Shown here one piece after another: positions 58,584-64,000 of a stretch of DNA of 64,000 bases. The translations under genes were made by a program, and so were the position numbers. The notes under the pieces are model-generated. The model did no database searches. It was not told the DNA's origin and was given only the letters and a program-made list of their open reading frames with translations. The stretch is from an uncultured Acidobacteriota bacterium. GTDB lineage: Bacteria > Acidobacteriota > Vicinamibacteria > Fen-336. The DNA is taken from positions 896,001 to 960,000 of the forward strand of contig OY970399.1 of assembly GCA_963720545.1 (NCBI GenBank), given 5' to 3'. Every line of letters starts with the position of its first letter. Within the stretch, counting starts at the first letter, position 1.

Positions 58584-61500
58584 CTAGTCCGACGCCGGTT
58601 CCAAAGACCTGGCGGCGCTGAATGAGGCAAACAACCCCGCGATCGACTCCGGGTCGAGGGGCCGGTGCAGGACCGAGCGGAAGGATGCCGGGTCGCTGAT
58701 CGTCTCCTGCTCGCCCAGCAGCACCACCAGGGGGATTTCGGCCGTGTTTGGCGAGAGCTGCAGGCGGTCGGCGACGTCGCCGGCGCCAAGCGGCGGCAGC
58801 AGCCGGTCGATGAACACGGCGGCCGGCGCCAGGCGCCGCACCGCCTCGACCACGTCCACACCGTCGGCTTCCTCGCGCACCCCGAAGCCGCCGTCGGCGG
58901 CGGCCTTGCGGATGAGCCGGCGTGCCGCGGCATCGGCGGTCGCCACCACAACCACCGGCCCGCGCGCCTGCGCGGCAGCGCCGTAGACCGGGATCGCGAA
59001 AGAAAACGTCGAGCCCTTGCCCACCTCGCTCGCCACCGCCACCGCGCCGCCGTGCGCCTTGACGATGCGCTGGCAGATGGTCAGGCCGAGGCCGGCGCCC
59101 TTCACGGCGATGAGTTCGCGGTGGCGCAGCCGGACGAACGGGCGGAACACGCTGGCAAGGTCGTCCTGGGGGATGCCCACGCCGGTGTCGCGCACCCTGA
59201 AGACTGCTTCCTCATTGTCGATGTCGATCGCGAGCTCGAGCGTGACGGTGCCGCCGGCCGGCGTGTACTTGAACGCGTTCGAGAGCAGGTTCTCGACCAC
59301 CTCCGCGAGCCGGTCGCGGTCGCCCCATACCGGAACCGGGTCGTCGCTGAGCTCGGTGACGAGTGCCCTCTGCGGATCCTCCGGCCAGCGCGACAGGACG
59401 CTGCGCACCACGGCGCCGAGGTCCACGATATCGAAGTGGAACGGGAATTGTCCCGAATCGAGGCGCGTGCTCTTCAGCGTCTTCTCGACCAGGTTCGCGA
59501 GATACGAGACGCCGCCGATGATGGCGCGCGCGTTGCGCACCCGCTCCTCGGCGGGGGCGTCGTGGCGCTCCTCGAGCAGCTCGGCAAAGCCCAGCACCCC
59601 CGCGAGCGGCGAGCGGAAGTCGTGCGCCACCAGGTTCACGACCTCGGTCTTGAGGCGGTCGGCGTCGAGCAGCTTCTCGTTGGTGCGGCGCAGGTCCTCG
59701 TAGAGGGTCGCGTTTCTCAGGATGATGCCGATCGAGTCGGCGAGCGTCTCGAGCGCCAGCAGCTGGCCGCGGTCGAACGCCCAGCGCTGGTCGCTCTCCA
59801 CCGTGATGACGGCCGCAACCTCGTCGCCGGCGCGCACCGGCACCGCCACCATCGAGCGCGTGAAGCCGAAGAGGGGCAGTGCATTGGGCGCCTGCGCCAG
59901 GTCCTCGATGCGCACGGTGCGCGCCTCGGCCACCGCCTGGCCGACGGCACCGTCGCCCACCGCGCGGTCGCGCCGCCGGTCGTTCACCAGGCCGGCGTTC
60001 TCGGCGTCCATCGCGGCCACGCGGCACACCTGCGCCGCCTGGTCCACCCAGTAGATGGTGACCGCCGGGAAGCCGAACGACTCGCGGATGCGCAGCGACG
60101 CCGTCTTCAGGATGTGGTCGCGCGACTGGCTGCCCGAGATCTCGCGCACCAGGTTGTTGACGAGCGCCAGCTGTTCGCTGCGGTCCTTCTCGAGCGCGAA
60201 CGCGAGCGAGTTGGCGACCGCGATCGACAGCTGCGAGGCGAAGTGCGTGAGGTACTCGAGGTCGCCCTTCTCGAACGGCCGCGCGCCCGGGATGCGGCTG
60301 GCGTTCAGCACGCCGAAAAGGGTCATGGCCTGCCGGTCGGGATCCCAGTGCGTGAGCGGCACGCAGATGATGCGCGACACCGGGTTGGCGCGCACCACGA
60401 ACTCGGGCAGCGCGGCGGGGTCGTTCGCCATCAGCGGGATGGCGTCGCGCGCCACCAGTCCGGCGACCCCCTCGCCGAGGCGGAACGCTGGCGGGTTGGC
60501 CGAGGCGTAGCTGCCTTCGGGGATCCACGGCGTGAACAGCCGCAGCCTTTTCTCGTTGTCGTCCCAGCGCAGGATCGAGGCGTGGTCGGCTTCGACCAGG
60601 CGGCCGGCTTCCTCGGTGGCCTTGAAGAGCAGCTGGCGCAGGTCGCGCACCGATGCGGTCTCGAGCCCTAGGTCGTAGAGGTTCGCCATGCGCCGCGCCA
60701 GCGCCTCGGTCTCGTCGATGCTCTCGGCCTTCTGCAGCGCCGCCGACAGCTGGCCGGCGAGCGTCGAGAGCAGGCTGACTTCCTCGTCCTCGAACGGCCC
60801 CTCCTCGGCGCGCACCACGTGCAGCACGCCCAGCGGCCGCGCGCCCACCACCGGCAGCGCCAGCGCGTAGGCGCCGCTCGGGTCGTCGAGGCGCAGCGGC
60901 GCGCTCGACTTCAGCGCCCAGCGCAGCGGTTCGGCGTAGAACGGCGCAGCGTCGGGCGGCTCGCACGCCTCGCGCTTCAGCTTGTCGTCGCCGGCGGCGA
61001 AGAAGGCGACGCGCGCATAGCCGAAGTCGCGCTGCACGCGCGACACCAGCAGGTCCTGGAGCGCCTGGCGGCCAGTGGTGCCGGCGAGCGCGCCGGCGAT
61101 GTCGGAAAGCCGCGCGAGCCGCGAGGAGTAGCGCTCCTGGCGCTTGTAGATGGCGCGGCTTTGCAGGAAGGTCGCCGCCGGCCCGGCGAAGATCGAGAAC
61201 AGGCGCGCGTCGCCGTCGTCGAAGCCGCCCGGCTTGTCGGCCGCCACCAGCAGGCCGATCACCTGGCCCGCCGAGAGCAGCGGCGCGACCAGGATCGACT
61301 CGAGGTCCATCTTCTCGACCACCTCGCGGAACAGGTGGCTCTCGGTGCGCGCGGCGTTGCTGACGAACGAACGGCCGGTCTCGAGCAGCGTCATGCCGCG
61401 CTGGCCGGGCTGGATGACGAACGACAAGCCGCGCACGCGCGCGTCGTCGATGCCGTGCACCGGCACCGCCGGGTCCATCGTCTGGCGGATCGGGTCGTAG

Positions 61501-62063
61501 TGCGCGATGCCGACCACCGGCGCGCCGATCAGCGCCGCGAGGCGGCCGGTGACCATGCGGTGGAATTCCTCCGGCTCGGCGATCAGCGACCAGTCGCGGC
61601 CGATGCCGTGCAGCGCCGCCAGGTCGCGAGCGCGGCTCTGCGCCGACATGCGGTGGCGCACGGTCTCGTCGTGCATCGCCTTGAAGCGCAGGAAGGCGCG
61701 CACCTTGAGGATGAGGAGCGGGGTGTCGACCGGCTTGTGGAGGAAGTCGTCGGTGCCGGCCTCGTAGCCCTGGCGCAACGCGGTCGCGTCGCCGAGCGCC
61801 GTGAGCATGATGATCGGCAGCGCCGCGCCGTGCTTGCGGCGCACCGCGCGGCAGGTCTCGAAGCCGTTCATCCCCGGCAGGTTGATGTCGAGGATGATGA
61901 GGTCGTGGCGCGCCTCGTCGAGGATGCGCAGCGCCTCCTCGCCCGAGCCGACGCTCTGCGCGCGGTAGCCGTGGACCGCCAGCAGCTCGATGAGGGTGGA
62001 CGCCACCATCGGCTCGTCGTCGACGACCAGGATCGGCTGCGGCGCTGCGTCGGCTGAAGCCAT
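58584..62063 (-). CDS. Hybrid sensor histidine kinase (REC-4xGAF-HisKA-HATPase-degenerate REC), cytoplasmic
   Basis: ILVVDDE/IILDINLP/KP receiver; four GAF-like repeats; AHDFRSPL; NLLSNAFKY, DTGVG, GAGLGL; C-terminal receiver-like domain. Confidence 0.92.
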   Translation of the reverse strand: MASADAAPQPILVVDDEPMVASTLIELLAVHGYRAQSVGSGEEALRILDEARHDLIILDINLPGMNGFETCRAVRRKHGAALPIIMLTALGDATALRQGYEAGTDDFLHKPVDTPLLILKVRAFLRFKAMHDETVRHRMSAQSRARDLAALHGIGRDWSLIAEPEEFHRMVTGRLAALIGAPVVGIAHYDPIRQTMDPAVPVHGIDDARVRGLSFVIQPGQRGMTLLETGRSFVSNAARTESHLFREVVEKMDLESILVAPLLSAGQVIGLLVAADKPGGFDDGDARLFSIFAGPAATFLQSRAIYKRQERYSSRLARLSDIAGALAGTTGRQALQDLLVSRVQRDFGYARVAFFAAGDDKLKREACEPPDAAPFYAEPLRWALKSSAPLRLDDPSGAYALALPVVGARPLGVLHVVRAEEGPFEDEEVSLLSTLAGQLSAALQKAESIDETEALARRMANLYDLGLETASVRDLRQLLFKATEEAGRLVEADHASILRWDDNEKRLRLFTPWIPEGSYASANPPAFRLGEGVAGLVARDAIPLMANDPAALPEFVVRANPVSRIICVPLTHWDPDRQAMTLFGVLNASRIPGARPFEKGDLEYLTHFASQLSIAVANSLAFALEKDRSEQLALVNNLVREISGSQSRDHILKTASLRIRESFGFPAVTIYWVDQAAQVCRVAAMDAENAGLVNDRRRDRAVGDGAVGQAVAEARTVRIEDLAQAPNALPLFGFTRSMVAVPVRAGDEVAAVITVESDQRWAFDRGQLLALETLADSIGIILRNATLYEDLRRTNEKLLDADRLKTEVVNLVAHDFRSPLAGVLGFAELLEERHDAPAEERVRNARAIIGGVSYLANLVEKTLKSTRLDSGQFPFHFDIVDLGAVVRSVLSRWPEDPQRALVTELSDDPVPVWGDRDRLAEVVENLLSNAFKYTPAGGTVTLELAIDIDNEEAVFRVRDTGVGIPQDDLASVFRPFVRLRHRELIAVKGAGLGLTICQRIVKAHGGAVAVASEVGKGSTFSFAIPVYGAAAQARGPVVVVATADAAARRLIRKAAADGGFGVREEADGVDVVEAVRRLAPAAVFIDRLLPPLGAGDVADRLQLSPNTAEIPLVVLLGEQETISDPASFRSVLHRPLDPESIAGLFASFSAARSLEPASD

Positions 62064-62082
62064 CAGGCTTCCCGCCCCCTGG

Positions 62083-62733
62083 TCAGGCGCGGACCGCGCG
62101 GCCAGGAATGGTCGAGAGGTCGTTCTCCGTGAGCACGACGTCGCCGTAGCGGCTGTAGAACTTCAGGCTGCGCCGGTAGCAGGTGTGTTTCTCGAGGTCG
62201 AACGCGACGCAGGAATCGATCGGCTTGCTGTAGACGTGCAGCGAAATCACCGGCTCTTTCCCCTGCACCACCACCTGGTGGATGGTCTGGGTCTTGTCGA
62301 CCGTGTTGATGGGGCCGTCGGGGTAGCACTCCTGCACCTCGCGGCGGTCGAGGTCGAGTTCGGTGGCGCCTGCCAGGCAATCGAGGCCACCGACGTTCTG
62401 GTTTTCCGCGGCGTTGCAGCCTTGCCACTGATAGTTGATGACCGCGAGGGCGCCGCGCTCCACCGACATCCAGCCGAGCTGGCCGTTGTGTGTATGGATC
62501 ACAGTCCGCTGGCCGGGCATCCAGCACACCGCCATCACTTCGAAAAGTGGATCCTGGTAGATCAGATTTCGGGTGTAGATGTCCTTGTTGAAGTGGACGT
62601 AGCGGTCGAGGTCGGACATCTCCGGCTTCTTGTCGTGAAGCAGGTCGAGGACCTTGTCGGTTGTGACCGTGCCCTCGCCCATCGCGGCGATGGAAGCGAC
62701 GAGGTCGCCCACGGCGGTATCGCGGCGCGCCAT
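62083..62733 (-). CDS. Cysteine dioxygenase-family (thiol dioxygenase) cupin
   Basis: YTRNLI, CW.PGQ.T.IHTH, IHQV, SLHVYS. Confidence 0.85.
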   Translation of the reverse strand: MARRDTAVGDLVASIAAMGEGTVTTDKVLDLLHDKKPEMSDLDRYVHFNKDIYTRNLIYQDPLFEVMAVCWMPGQRTVIHTHNGQLGWMSVERGALAVINYQWQGCNAAENQNVGGLDCLAGATELDLDRREVQECYPDGPINTVDKTQTIHQVVVQGKEPVISLHVYSKPIDSCVAFDLEKHTCYRRSLKFYSRYGDVVLTENDLSTIPGRAVRA

Positions 62734-62799
62734 GCGAAGAGTCTAGCCGCCACCCTGATCAAGTCAACGGCGTTGAGGGTAGAATCCCGCGGGCCTCGG

Positions 62800-63771
62800 A
62801 TGAACGACCAGGACGACAGTGTAGTCACCAAGGGAACGCCGGAATTCGAGCCGGGGCCCGAGCGCCTGTACCTGGTTGGCCTCACCGGGCCCGACGCCGG
62901 CGTCGAATTCCACCTCAACCGGCCGTCGATGGTGCTGGGCCGCGGCCCGGGCGCCTCGCTCATCGTCGGCGACACCGCCGCGTCGCGCCGCCACGTGAAG
63001 GTGCTGCTCATTCCCGACCCGCAGACGCCGACCAACCGCCGCGTGCAGCTCGTCGACCTGCAGAGCACCAACGGCCTGTTCGTGAACGGCGAGCGCATCA
63101 GCCGCGCCGTGTTGCATCCTGGCGACAAGGTGGCCGTCGGCAAGACCATGTTCCGCCTGGAGCGCCGCGACAACTTCGACGCCGCCTTCTACGACCGCCT
63201 GCACCAGATGGCCACCACCGATTCGCTCACCGGGGCGGGCAACCGCTGGTCGCTGGAGCAGGAACTGGAGCGCCAGGAAAGCGAGCGCGAGCGCTACAAC
63301 CGCATCTTCTCGCTCATCATCATCGACATCGACCACTTCAAGCAGGTCAACCAGCGCTGCGGCCACAGCGGCGGCGACCAGGCGCTGCGCGCGGTGGGCG
63401 CAATCATCCTCGCCAACCTGCGCGACTCGGACCGGGTGTTCCGCTATGGCGGCGACGAGTTCGTGGTGCTGCTCGCCCAGAGCGACGCCGCCGGCGCGCA
63501 GCGGGTCGCCGAGCGCATCCGCGCGGGTGTCGAGGGCCTGGTGTTCGAGCACCTCGAGAAACAGGTGCCGCTGACCGTCAGCATCGGCGGCGCCGAAGCC
63601 GGCGGCGCGGGGCTCCTGGAACGCGCGGACAAGGCCCTGTTCGATGCCAAGAGCGAAGGCCGCAACCGCGTCGCCTTCAACACGGATGCCACGACCAAGG
63701 TCACTACCGCGCGCCTGCAGAAGGACCCGGTCGAACGGCCGGGCGCCAGCACCGTCATCGAAGGAGAGTAG
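62800..63771 (+). CDS. FHA-domain diguanylate cyclase
   Basis: LGRG...SRRH...DLQSTNG.FVNG (FHA); DSLTG, DIDHFK.VN, RDSD I-site, RYGGDEF; TAGAAT -10 at 62780-62785. Confidence 0.92.
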   Translation: MNDQDDSVVTKGTPEFEPGPERLYLVGLTGPDAGVEFHLNRPSMVLGRGPGASLIVGDTAASRRHVKVLLIPDPQTPTNRRVQLVDLQSTNGLFVNGERISRAVLHPGDKVAVGKTMFRLERRDNFDAAFYDRLHQMATTDSLTGAGNRWSLEQELERQESERERYNRIFSLIIIDIDHFKQVNQRCGHSGGDQALRAVGAIILANLRDSDRVFRYGGDEFVVLLAQSDAAGAQRVAERIRAGVEGLVFEHLEKQVPLTVSIGGAEAGGAGLLERADKALFDAKSEGRNRVAFNTDATTKVTTARLQKDPVERPGASTVIEGE

Positions 63772-63789
63772 GCCGCCGCGACCGGCGCC

Positions 63790-64000
63790 TCAGATGAAGA
63801 GGTGTTCGTCCTCTTCCACCGCCCGTCGGGCGGTGCGCGGGGCGCGCGGCTCGTGGTCGTGGGCCGACAGGCTGCGGTAGACGTCGAAAGCCTTCTCGAT
63901 GCCGCGGAACAGCGCCGCGGCATTGGCAAGTGGGCCCACCGGACGGGTCAGCAGCGAGCTGATGTGGCTGGTGGTGCGGTCGAGCTTGTCGAGCGTCGTC
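63790..64000 (-). CDS. 3' end of a hypothetical coiled-coil protein (DUF948-like); partial
   Basis: Minus frame ...TTLDKLDRTTSHISSLLTRPVGPLANAAALFRGIEKAFDVYR...EEDEHLFI-stop. Confidence 0.6.
   Translation of the reverse strand, partial: TTLDKLDRTTSHISSLLTRPVGPLANAAALFRGIEKAFDVYRSLSAHDHEPRAPRTARRAVEEDEHLFI

Overview
GC-rich (about 70% by eye), gene-dense bacterial chromosomal segment. Oar-type TonB receptors, TPR-fused Ser/Thr kinases and a C-terminal -DEHLFI protein suggest Acidobacteriota (possibly Vicinamibacteria); this is inference. It holds about 50 CDS and one initiator tRNA-Met; I see no CRISPR array, integrase or transposase. The dominant theme is scavenging: nucleoside salvage (CNT transporter, PNP, cdd, MtaD-like deaminase, hpt, NCS1, rpiB, deoC), amino-sugar recycling (murQ, nagB, ChbG/YdjC deacetylase, BadF-type kinase) and D-amino-acid/peptide hydrolases with two TonB-dependent receptors. 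Most interesting: (1) a tandemly duplicated two-gene module pairing a Zn-ribbon-kinase-TM-TPR receptor-like kinase with a small exported Cys-pair/KY...EDP protein; (2) rpiB and deoC carrying microcompartment-type N-terminal extensions with no shell genes nearby; (3) an ECF sigma factor flanked by a secreted and a membrane-anchored YciI protein; (4) a 1397-aa exported serine hydrolase + VanX + CocE/NonD fusion. Two genes carry single-base frameshifts, possibly sequencing errors, which create false fusions in the ORF track.
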